A stretch of DNA of 37,999 nt from Atractiella rhizophila. Its lineage: Eukaryota. Positions 12,575 through 23,314 of this stretch are shown here, piece after piece. The position numbers were made by a program, and so were the translations under genes. Below the pieces are notes generated by a model. That model saw nothing but the letters and a program-made list of their open reading frames with translations, had not been told where the DNA came from and searched no databases. The stretch lies in the NCBI GenBank assembly GCA_021432655.1, contig MU271627.1:1-37999 (forward strand), given 5' to 3'. How positions within the stretch are numbered: position 1 is the stretch's first letter; every line of letters starts with the position of its first letter.

Positions 12575-13350
12575 CATTTCCAAAGGGTCGCAAACCTTTT
12601 TATCACTAACGTATTTAGTGTGCCAATCTACGTAAAATACTGCTCATCGATGTCTTCAACGGGTTCCTCTTGTTCCGGAGGATGTCTGTAACGTGAGAAG
12701 ACGGTCATGAAATTGACTCTTCTACTGGTGGGTCATTGGCTTGAAAAGGGAGGTGCTGATGAAGAGCCAGAACATACTCTGTGTACATGTAGCGAATCAT
12801 AGAGCTAAATGTGTGATAGCTTGTGTCGTTCAATTCTACAACAGTTGGTTCGATAATAGTTCGCGCTCCGTCAGTAAAATCCGATTGAAACACTAGTCTT
12901 GACTTCAGTTATGTCCCTCACTGCAATTGAAAGGGACACAGCACTGGTCACGAAATAATTGGATCGTTTTTGAAGGAAAGCTTTCGTAGCATAAATTTTG
13001 CCTTGGGGTCGCATGATATCTTTCGGAAAAGTGAAGACAACGTCAGAGTATTCAGGATTATTGTAAAACACCTCTTTGTGGTGCTTGAGAAGTTGATTAT
13101 TGATGTCCATGAGGTCGATTCCTGGCTGCGATCACACCGGGGATTAGCTGAACCTGGATGCTTTGTTGCTGACCGTAGGTACCATTTGAGCTTGCTGTGT
13201 TTTCGACGCGCAATGGCAGGTGAAACTGGGAGATGACAACAATGGTATTTCAAGACAAAATAGTCGCTAGTTTGCTATTTACTTGTTGGACAAATCTATA
13301 GACACGCATCAGCAGTAGCCACACAGGTATAGGAGGTACGCTACGACTAA
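12575..13350 (-). pseudogene. Truncated duplicate of the BTB gene
   Basis: Highly similar to ~6619-7407; the MDINNQLLKH exon is at 13110-12945. A 10-nt deletion near 12635 shifts the frame to TAG, and the last exons are missing. Confidence 0.88.
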
Positions 13351-13455
13351 TCTCAACATTCGCTCCTCCTGAGTTAGGTTTTGTTGGAGGTGTCCAGTGT
13401 GGTACGATCACCGCACACGGGTGTACGTACGAACGGTCAATGACCTGCTCTCCCT

Positions 13456-13534
13456 AGGTGCTTACCACCAGGGATGAGCAGGTAGGAGTCTCGGATAATA
13501 GTCATGCGAGGTGCTTCCCACCAGGGATGAGCAG
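13456..13534. repeat. 26-bp imperfect direct repeat
   Basis: AGGTGCTT(A/C)CCACCAGGGATGAGCAG at 13456-13481 and 13509-13534. Confidence 0.85.
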
Positions 13535-13940
13535 ATCCACAGGTTTGTCTACCCGATGTTCGGGATGAAGAACACCGCAGACGTGGCTCGGTTGAAGCTG
13601 GAAGACCTGACAGGCTAGTGAATTACATAGTGAGTCAAGACTCTAGCGAAGCAAAGAGGCAGAGTCGCGGAATCAAGGACAGAAGTTACGGTCCCTCTTG
13701 GATCGCAGCTTTGATCCCGTTGACTCGGATAGATCACGAGAACAACAATTCTCAGTCATTCCGGAGAGAGCTAATAGGAAGCAAACTCGAAGAGCAAGTG
13801 AGAGGCAACAATGCAGTCGCATTGGACAATCCCACGTAGTCAGTTGTAGTGTGTTATTAACCGTGTAGTCTTATAAACATTTCGCTCGATTCAAGTGTGG
13901 AGGACTGAGAGCTAGAAACAACAGGGCTCGTACGCAACTC

Positions 13941-16552
13941 ATGACCAAGTTTGGTGATATCCAGGTGGATTATGAGCCCATCGGTTTGCTTTTTTGCTCT
14001 TGTTTTCCCAACGCACGTTTGAGGTTCATTACCCCTTTTAGCTCATGATCCCTTCAAACATCAATCCATCTGGCTAAATTTCACTGCCGTATGCTCCCTT
14101 TCCGTCCTCATCCCCTCACTCAATGTTATCATTGTGATAGTCTGCTTTGAGGAGTATCTGGCTCTCCGTCCTCTTCTTCACTGGTCTTGCAACTGCTATT
14201 GTCCTCATTGACAGGCTGGACTCCAGTGTCAACTTAGGAATATCAAGCACCATGCTGTGCGTCATGAAACACCGTGATCGCGATATTGATATACAGCATA
14301 GAACCGTCCTGGGGACAACAATTGGATTTGTCATTTCTTATCGCACCTCGAGGTGTGATTTCTCTTCCTCAGCTCGGCCAGTGTGATAATTTGCGATAGC
14401 GCATACGACCGATATTGGGAAGGCCGAAGGATGTGGTCAGAAATAATCCTCAATTCACGAACACTGGCAAGGATGATATGGCTACAGTATTTATCATGCA
14501 CTCCTTCCGAATCTAAAGCTGACCCTTGTGATAGTGTACCAAGCTATATGAAGGTTCCTGAGGAGTATGCTCCTATCTCATCTCAAGCGTAGAATAATAC
14601 TGATTGATTGGTAGTCCTACAAACATCCCGGAGGAGGAGAAAGTCAAGGCAACGCTGGAAAAGAAAAGTGAGTTATTTATATGGCTTGCTTATGTGTGAG
14701 ATAATAACGCTCCGAAGCTATGATCAACATCATTGAAGCCTTCGCCATAAGTGTGAAACATTATCTTCGGTACGCATTTTCTAGTGACCAAAACTGATCT
14801 GAAGCTGACCTCAGTTCAGTGGTGAAGTGAATGATTCCGACATCAGCGCCGTCTTTGCTGAAATCTGGCATAGGACGGTGTTTATTACCAAGATCTTTGG
14901 CCATTGGTTGCGTACCTGCCAAAGGTTTGCGTCTCGATTCGCTCCCAGTCTCTGTACTCATTACCACCCAACCAGTATCACCTCCCGTCTGCTATCATTT
15001 CCGACACGGAAATGTTATCGACAGAACCCCACGAGGAGAATTCAGAGCGACTCGCCCCTCGTCCTAGCGATCTGTCTAACACCAGTCAGAGGAGACCGTC
15101 AACTCTGATGGGGACGCTTGGGAGCACGAGCGCGAGCGTCAGCTTTGCAGACAGCAAATCCGCATTGAATCAGTCTTGTACACCTTCAGGTGACCAATTG
15201 TGAGGAACTAATTTGTTTTGACAGTTGTAAAACCCAATTCCCATCCTGTGAGGATGGAAACACTCTCAGCACCGCTTCAGCACTCTGGAATCCCCCATCC
15301 TCCTATTCCACTGAAGCCATCTCGAAACCCGCCACCATGGAATATCATCGATGACTTATTCACGTTTCTCATTCCCATCAGGTATGCTGTCCAACATCCC
15401 CTGAGCTGACAATGACGATATAAGTAGGTCGATGTTGAAATACGTTTCGAAACGAGCTAGGAGAAAGGAGCTGGAACGCAGGAAGAGCAATAACATGCGG
15501 AAGGGGAGGAAACGGCCTGCACTCGAGAACGTACGCGATTTCATCAGGAGAACTATGCCACTGAGATGAGGGTTAGGAAAATCTACCATTGGAACTCATC
15601 ATGCTGATGAGTGGGTACACATCTTCCCTTCAACGAAGGTCGGTGCTGTTTAGGTCTTGCAGCACATTTTTAATGGCGTAAAGGAAAATCATCGATGTCC
15701 CAACTACAAACGCACTTCTACTGGGGATTCAAGGCTTGTCCAGTTCTTTAGGTATGTACCCACCTCAACTATTCTCCTACGCTGAACGAGACCCGAGTTT
15801 CTCTCGAGAGGATCCTTACAACACCAATTCCGTTTGGCTACCAGATTCACCTCAAACACACTGTGAGTTTCGACGTCATACTTTCATGAAGCTCACAGAG
15901 TCGAAGGTTTGGGTTTATCTGTTCGCGTTGCCGTGGCAGCTACAGCCGACATTGGGATGGGTCACAATTCCTGTCTGTCACTTCAGCTTTCTTTTCTTCG
16001 CTTGTTAATCATTGGCACTCCGTCGCCACAGGCAGTTGCCATTGCTGCGTTCATCTTTCTTGGCTTGCTGTCCATAGGACAGGAGATTGGTGCGCATGTT
16101 TCCTGCTCCGTATTCCTCGCTAACTCATCGCCTTATCTCAAAGAGAATCCGTATGTTCTCATACTGCCATGTCACCATCGTTCACAGTTATCACAGCTTC
16201 GGATACGACCTGAACGACTTGAATTTAGGCAAGTCAGGCTTTCAGTTTCCTCCGTGAACTAACGCCATGACAGATTATTTCTGCCGGAACATCATCCACC
16301 GGTTCGTTGTTTACCTTCTCATACTCGGTTCAATGCTAATGTGACGGCGACAGAGAAATGGCTGAATTGACTTCCCATACGCCAGAATCATCAGATCCTG
16401 ATTCCTTCCTCTTCACAACCGGAAATGTGCCGCTTTTCCCTCACGACCCAAGAGGTGTAGAAGAGTTGTCGCAAGTTTCAATGTCAGAGCTAGAAAGGCT
16501 TCTGGCTGGTGGGCGAGCGGGACTGAATAGGACCAAGACTTACCGTGAATAA
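13941..16552 (+). pseudogene. UPF0187/bestrophin (RFP-TM, YneE/VCCN-like) anion channel gene, apparently disrupted at 15403-15735
   Basis: Exons give LGTTIGFVISYRTSSAYDRYWEGRRMWSEII, AFAISVKHYLR, GVYYQDLWPLV, LKPSRNPP, LERILTTPIPFGYQIHL, VWVYLFALPWQL, FLGLLSIGQEIENPFGYDLNDL and a final exon ending at 16552. The segment expected between RNPP and LERIL is occupied by foreign sequence. Family call is firm; pseudogene status is inferred. Confidence 0.75.
15403..15735 (-). repeat. Diverged copy of ~8666-9000 (5' part and upstream region of the kinase-like pseudogene)
   Basis: Shared blocks such as ATGTTGAAATACGTTTCGAAACGAGCTAGGAG, GGAAACGGCCTGCACTCGAGAA, TTGGAACTCATCATGCTGATGAG and ATGTCCCAACTACAAA occur in the same order. 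Confidence 0.93.
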
Positions 16553-16789
16553 TACATTCACGAAAGGTCTCTACGAAGGAAGATGGTCAGTAGTTACTCA
16601 GTAGACAGTGGTGCTAGTTAGGGGTTTAATCATTATTGCGATAAAGTGTATCGTGATTATAAGGAGGGTAGAACGAAAGGAAACATGCAAAGTACTGAAG
16701 CCTCACTCCTTGCCATTGTCTACAATGTGAAGAAAAACTTGGGAACTTGAGCACGATTACATCAACAACACCATTCGACAAAAAAAGTG

Positions 16790-17160
16790 TCCTTTGACCT
16801 GGAACGAACACGAGTGTAATGGAATGAGAAGCTTGAAAATGTAGAGGAGGATTGATTAGGGTAAGTGAAACAAAACTAGACACTAATACCCTGTAAAACT
16901 ATCAAGGCAAGTAATAGAGCACAGACAAACTTTTTTCTGCTTTTTTTGTCACATAAAAAGAAGAACAGGAACAAAGAAGTCCATCCCCCTGGAACGAACA
17001 CAAATGAAATTAATTCGGAGGCATGGATATGCAGAGGGGAATTAAGTACGATGAATCAATGACACGATACCAGGTGCTAATACCTTGTAATCCACCAATG
17101 AATACAATAGCACCGACAAATTTTTTTTGCCTTTTGTGATAAATGAAGAAGAACAGGATT
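16790..17160. repeat. Degenerate ~190-bp tandem repeat
   Basis: CCTGGAACGAACAC at ~16798 and ~16988; TAATACC(C/T)TGTAA at ~16884 and ~17078; T-run followed by AAGAAGAACAGGA/GAAGAAGAACAGGA at ~16958 and ~17146. Confidence 0.7.
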
Positions 17161-17254
17161 AAAGCAGGCTTTTAGCGAGCAGGGAAGGTTTCCTGTGTGA
17201 GAACTCGGACACGGATAAAGGATGTTACGATCGTTGCCTGCACTGCAATTCCCA

Positions 17255-18628
17255 TCATTCACCATGCAGAGATGTCACTATAGGATACAGTACCTGGCGA
17301 ATCGCATGGATGCGCAACTGGCAAAAAGTGACCAATGCGGCATGGGTTTGGCGCACATTGCATCCCCGACTTATCAAATGCTGCCTATAGCGAAATGAGC
17401 TTGTATCTAGTCTGGGGCAGGGTGTCAAGCGCACATGCAGGTAGCGGGGCGCTTGAAAGGATCCAAGTTAGCTTCATTGAAGAACTTGAAAGACGTGGCG
17501 TGTTGACAGTTGCCTGTTGGTCACATTAGCCTGGACAAATAGTCAGGGAACGGTACCTATGTGAAGAAGCTGCCCTTTGAACCACTCTACCACCAAAGAG
17601 CCAGTAAGTTAAAACTTCTACGGTAGTGAGCACGCACCATTTATATTATTCCATGGCGAACATTGCATTCTTTTAACGAACACGTCCACATATAGCGCAG
17701 CGCAGAATTTCAGTGTTGTTGTGTTTTCGGGACACAGACTTGTGAGTGTACTGGAGTCGTAAAACTTTCCCGTTCTGCGGTCGTACGTAACAACCAGATC
17801 CGTTTGCATGGGTTGGGTAGTGATGGCGCGATTGCGGAGCATCTGGTGTCTTGAATACGTGGTACTGTTGGATGGGGATGGTACTGATCCAGTTGGGACT
17901 GAGGGGACTGAGTGTGGTGAAGGAGACGTGCTACTAGAGTTTGCCGAAGGGCTGGTTGTGCCAAACAGGGTATGTGCTGGACCAATCGCTCCAGGTGGGA
18001 CAGAGGGGACTGAGTGTTGTGAAGGAGACGTCATAGTAGAGTTTGCCAAAGGACTGGTTGTGCCAAACATCTGTGCTGGAGCATTAGGGGGATGGACATA
18101 AATCGTTTGGTCGTGGAACCTTCTGGGGTTCAGATAAAGCTGCTGGCTGGAAGGATAATGGTGCGTGGAGATAGATAGAACTATTCGCGATATTAGCCTG
18201 ATAGTCACAGAACGGCAGCACAAACAACCATCTGGAAAGAGGATCTGCGACGTTTGACCGCTTCCTCCACGAGCAGGAGAAATTGTGGACCCGGCGGAAA
18301 GGATGCGTGCAGCTGGGGCGACAGCTGCAGTGCTATGCTGAGGAGAGCTGAATGCCACCATTGAGGGCTGTAGAGGTGCTGGTGGGGGATGAGGTTGGTA
18401 TTGGAGTGCAGTTTGGTTGTCTGTTCACTCGTTAGTAGCCACATTCTCTCTTTCGAAAAAATGCCAACAACTACCGTGGTAATGCATGAAGGAATTTGGG
18501 TGGGAAGAACCTGCTATCGAGGACGACATGTGAGGAACAGATTCTAGCATGCCCGCGAACGGCGCAGAATTATTTGATAAAGGATAGTCGTAAGTATGAT
18601 AAAACTGATGAGTCCAAAGCTGGTCCAT
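17255..18628 (-). CDS. Hypothetical protein, paralog 2 of the Cys/His C-terminal-domain family
   Basis: Start MDQLWTHQF at 18628; long Ser/Pro/Thr-rich exon (ORF 17618-18361). Spliced C-terminus LYVDVFVKRMQCSPWNNINEWFKGQLLHIGNCQHATSFKFFNEANLDPFKRPATCMQHLISRGCNVRQTHAALVTFCQLR. Stop at 17255 if unspliced, ~17170 if one more intron. Confidence 0.65.
17893..18068 (-). repeat. In-frame 102-bp-period coding repeat within paralog 2
   Basis: FGTTSPLANSTMTSPSQHSVPSVPPG and FGTTSPSANSSSTSPSPHSVPSVPTG. Confidence 0.85.
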
Positions 18629-19060
18629 GGTACGAGGAATTGTCCAGTTAAGGGAACGACCTTTTATGGGGAGCGTCCTTAAAGTCCGCTGCCTTCGAAA
18701 ACATGAAACGAACAACCTTTTTACCCCTTGTGCGACCTAAGCGTTCCAGACAAAGTAGCCTCCAATGGACCTCTCGTCTCACAAGGGTAATGATACACAG
18801 GCGAGATGCTTCGACAATCTGTTTTTGGGGTACGTGACGAGTTCTATCGAAGGTCGCCATGCAGTCGGACGACTGGAGCCAAAGGTTTGAAGGAACTTGA
18901 GATCATCACATCCAAAGTGGTCGGGCTGCTCAAAACAGTGGCTTCAACCTGACCCGTCAACATGGCGACAAAGACATCCAGCACGGACCGGAAATGCAGC
19001 GCCATTCAAAACGTCAACAACCCGACAGTGTTTGGAGGATTTGGACCAGATCCCTAAACA

Positions 19061-19560
19061 TTGTTAACGTCTCACGATCGGGGGGCTTCGCGGCGGAGCC
19101 CCCGTCCGTCCCTTTACTCCGATGCCCCTCGGAATGCAACCCGTTGTATATCTCAATCTTTATGCAAACCATGGTTCACGATCGGGACAGATGGAAAGAG
19201 AAAGATCTGTTTTCTGTTCTCCAAATTTTGTGGGAAGGGCTACAAAGTTCTCTCCAGTTGTCTCCTCTTGAAAATCCACGGAAATGCAACAGCAAACTTT
19301 GCACGACATGACCACCGCAAATCCTGTCGCCCTCAATCCGCCTCACTAGCTTGTGCGGCGCTTTCTCTTAGAACATGCTCAATCCAGAAAGTAGAAGGCA
19401 ATATCTCCGAAATTGCAACATTTTCTGGTCTTGCATCACAGCTGGAAATGAACGAGCTGGAGCAGAAGGTCAGAAGAGCCACGATCGAGGTCCGAGAGGA
19501 CTAGAAGGAGGTCGGGTCAAATGTCACCACGCCATCACGGCTTATTTGGAGACTACTCAT
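19061..19560 (+). pseudogene. Possible degenerate gene fragment, weakly BTB-like
   Basis: Broken frames include CNPLYISIFMQTMVHD and IATFSGLASQLEMNELEQKV, loosely like the BTB C-terminal helices. Stops and frame changes are present. Confidence 0.2.
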
Positions 19561-20086
19561 CGCCTGCTAAATAGATGTTACCAATGTCCCATATCTGGTG
19601 TTCATTATCGTGCATGCAAATTGCAGGTGGAAGCAGATTAAAAAGCAAGCCAACAGACTTGAAGTGCAAAGGATATCCATGAAACAGAGGTGATCTCGTA
19701 ATGAAACATCATCGAATCATCGACGGCGCATTCGAGGAGGAGCCATGTTTGCTCGCGGAACGATCAAACAAGAAAGGGAGCACGTCACACGCATCCCGTT
19801 GATGCTTGACCTGACTATATAGACCCGAAAGACGCACTCCACAACCTCCCCAAATCGTGTTAACCTAATCAGGTCTTGCATCCCACTGCTCTCGAGCTCT
19901 AAATTGGCGGAAGTGCGCCTTGAAACCGAAATCGTCACTCCGCTTGACTCCTTTGCCTATCACAATCAATCGATCCATCCCGCGTTTCGGAGACCTTGGA
20001 TGACAGTTGCATCAGGTGAATGCGCACGTGACGAACCACCACTCATCCTTCTCCTTCTCAGTCTCAAACGTTTCCGAACCTGCAGC

Positions 20087-20520
20087 ATGGCGATTCAAAT
20101 CAAACCACTTGTACCTGGCGGCCTCGCATCTTGCTATTCCATATTCTCCATATTTGGCATCCTTTTCTTCGTTTTCATTGGGCTCGCTTTCGACAACGGG
20201 GTATGTTTCACTTTCTCCCCTCTTTTCTTCGATGCGTCGTTTTGGTGTCTGTCTCAGGTAGTCTAGATTGACCTTGGCTTTGTTGGCATAGGCGGATGTA
20301 TTATTGGACTCTGAAGAGTCCCCGCCAGACGGACATGCTGTCGCGAAGACGTGTTATGGAGCAGCGGTGGTGTATGCTGTCTTGATGGGGTTCTGTGCAT
20401 GCCAGGTTCGCACTCTCTTACTTTTTTTCTGCACTGGGAAGAGTAGAGGAATGATTGATTGTGTCGGAAAAGGCGGGAGTGAACAGGAGGTACCAGAGGA
20501 GCAGTAGCATCCGGCTTTAA
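20087..20520 (+). CDS. V-ATPase V0 subunit f / ribonuclease kappa family small membrane protein
   Basis: Exons 20087-20200, 20292-20405 and 20473-20520 give MAIQIKPLVPGGLASCYSIFSIFGILFFVFIGLAFDNGADVLLDSEESPPDGHAVAKTCYGAAVVYAVLMGFCACQAGVNRRYQRSSSIRL*. Two hydrophobic helices and a P.DG.AVA.TCY.AA.VY....FC..Q pattern. Confidence 0.88.
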
Positions 20521-22374
20521 TTCGTTGACCTTACTTCGATTTGTCCAAATCCATTCCGTACGAGCTGTAATCGCAATTTATCTATTCTGTCCCCTAGCGC
20601 CGCTCTCCCTCACCGTATCCACGAGATCCTTTGATATGTGACGCTCTTTCTTCGGAAGAGTGCGGATGGTTTTGGGAGGAAGGTGTTGCAAGCAGTCAAG
20701 GCTGGAAACTAAGCGTCGGTGTGCTTTTACTTTTACTTATTGGACTGGATGTTTTGCGAAGAACGTGATGATAACTTGGGCCACGTCCTCTTGAACACTA
20801 CTTCAATAGACTATTTGATAGTGCGTTTTGATCCGCAACTGTCTGACATTCATCCTTCACAGATGAAATCAAAGGGGGTTTTTACATACATTTGCTTACT
20901 ATCAGACATGCACGAAGCTTAGGAGGATTCCTATTGGAGGTCCTCGTCACAGTCACGCACATAAGCGTGATGTGACCTGATCTGATCTCTGACGGAGAGC
21001 TGTTCCCTTCGCTCACTATTATCGCCCATGGGGGAAGTACGACCATACAGGAGTAATATCCACGTGCAACATATCCAGGGAAATGGTCATACCGCCACAT
21101 GAATGAAAGGAATAGCACAACTTGGGTAATTGAAACCTGATCGGGACGGTAGACGGTAGAAGGTGCAAAAGGCAAAGGATGGGTAGCCGTTCTGTTCACC
21201 CACTAAGATGAAGATCCAGCACTTCTTCTGCGATTACTTTTCATTCTCGACGAGGAACCCCAGCACTGAATCCGACCTCGAATCTGCACCATGCTGTACT
21301 CTCCTCTTCCACTCAGTTTGAGTATTGTTATCCTGTTGCCTTGAACAAATCAACTGAGATCCACCATTGGAACTTACCTGTCGCCAGTGTAAACTAGTCT
21401 GCGTATTTCTCTAAGCTCTAGATACATCTTGATACACCTCGTTGGAACAAAGTCACGATCAATCCAAACTATCATGATGCTCTTCCCCGCCAACACCGTT
21501 CGGCTTAAGAGGGACTCAAACATACCATTACTTCAGCTCAACTGACGTCAGCTCCATAGAGCATGAATGGCCTCATCCTTGTCTTCACTTTGCCTGCAGT
21601 ATAAGCCTCATCTTTTGGAAGACTTACTGTACTCGACGCAACTGCTAGCTCCTTTATTTGCCTATCATGCCCTCATCGACCGTCCGACAAACCATAGCGT
21701 GTTCGTTTAAATGGTTATGCAGGTTTTGGCATGTACGAGGAGTTCCACACTGCTCCACTGCAGAGGAGCCCAAGCTCCTGACTTTAGCTGGCGAAGGGGC
21801 CACTTACGGATTTGCTATAGAAGTTAGGGTGAATCGGTTGCAAAGCAAGATTTCAATGAAGCTTACAGTAAACAGGACGATCCCGAGATGGAACTGGTAG
21901 CGCAAACGAAGTTCTTTCATGACATGGGCTTCAGACTCGCATGGGGGCTATGTTGCTGAATTCACGGTTGTCCTTGTATGGAGGATGGAGGAGATGGAGG
22001 GTTACCGGGACACGGTCACTTGTCTGTGTTTGGGCAAGTGGTTTGGCGCCAATCAGACCAGATCTGGGTTATTGAACTAAAATGTAACACGAGGAACGGG
22101 AGGAACGCAGTGAATTGCTCAAAATAAGGTTGGCAAAACCCTCGATCGTCTTCGGGGAATGTTTGTGCAATACTCAACATCGCGTGCTTAAAAAAGGCTC
22201 CCAAGCGTGTTACCTCCCCTCGAAATTACTCACGCCTTTTGGACCCAGTGATTGCCTGGAACCCTCATGTTCACTCTACCTCTTGCTTAAACATTCTCTC
22301 CTTTGCTTTTGAACACTAGGGATGTCCCACGCTCGAATAATGTCGCCTCCGCCTATGGGATTCAAAGGCGATCT

Positions 22375-22580
22375 TACATCTGGTGGCGTAAGGCGTCCTT
22401 ACTGGACCCTGAGGAGTCACCGTGCAAAGGCGTCGTGGGTCAGTGGTGTGGATGCTGTTTTACTGACCTCCTGTCCTTACCTGGTACGCTTTTCTTCCAG
22501 GAAGATTGAGGGAGATGATTGATTGCGTAGAAGGTGGAGCGAATAACAGTGAGCAGTAGCACCCAGTTTCGACTCGCTCA
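22375..22580 (+). pseudogene. Heavily decayed copy of subunit f exons 2-3
   Basis: TACTGGACCCTGAGGAGTCACC (LLDPEESP), ATGATTGATTG and GAGCAGTAGCAC align in order with 20300-20520, with deletions. Confidence 0.65.
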
Positions 22581-23314
22581 ATTTCAACGTCTCCACAGTC
22601 GCTCTGTTCGACTTTTTAACGGCCCTGTATCTGCCCCATCCTCTTCCCCCGTCTCTCCTCCTTGTCCAACCTAGAAATGCTGGCTAGAAGGTTCGAAGGG
22701 AGACGTAGCACCTGAGTAGGGTTTGGGAGAAAAGGATTAGCCGTGAAAACACGGTCTGCTTTGCAGTGGTCAGCACTTCCTCTCTTGTCTGCCCATTCTT
22801 TTCCTGTTGTGATCTCTTCCGCTGTTGTGCCCTGCGGTTCAACTTGTATCACGGAGAGAGCTGTCCTTTGATTTTGCAGACTGAAGGCGAAATACGTCTA
22901 GACAGTCCACAGCACCATTACCATATCACTTTTCTTCGGGATTTGCAACCACTGGTCCATTAAACTTTTCTGCATTTCTTCTATGGCTTTCATTCTATGA
23001 GTGAAAGCATACTTTATCTTGACCTTGTTCATCGATGGAGTGGATGAAGGCTATTGTCGCAGGAATAGGGAGACGGGTTTGACAGAACGGATAGTCTGGT
23101 GATCTCGCCAGTCCCGCCAGACCCGACAGACATATTACTGAATTGGCCAAAAACAGATCTGACAAGGTTGGTTGCCCAAGATAAAATGTGGCTTGACTGG
23201 ACCCTGAGGGCCCTGGAGCCTAATGGAGGCTCAGGAGGGAAGAGTGGTCTGCTTGGTTTATTGCGCATCAGCTCGATTTTACGTCCAAAAATGTTCAATC
23301 CGACCAAGCAGAGG

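Noticed and set aside
12230..13350. RIP-like hypermutation of the duplicated copies
   Set aside because: Differences include transversions and indels with no obvious directional C-to-T excess by eye. A formal count would be needed.
20720..22300. Protein-coding gene in this interval
   Set aside because: Only short ORFs with no recognisable motif or consistent exon chain.
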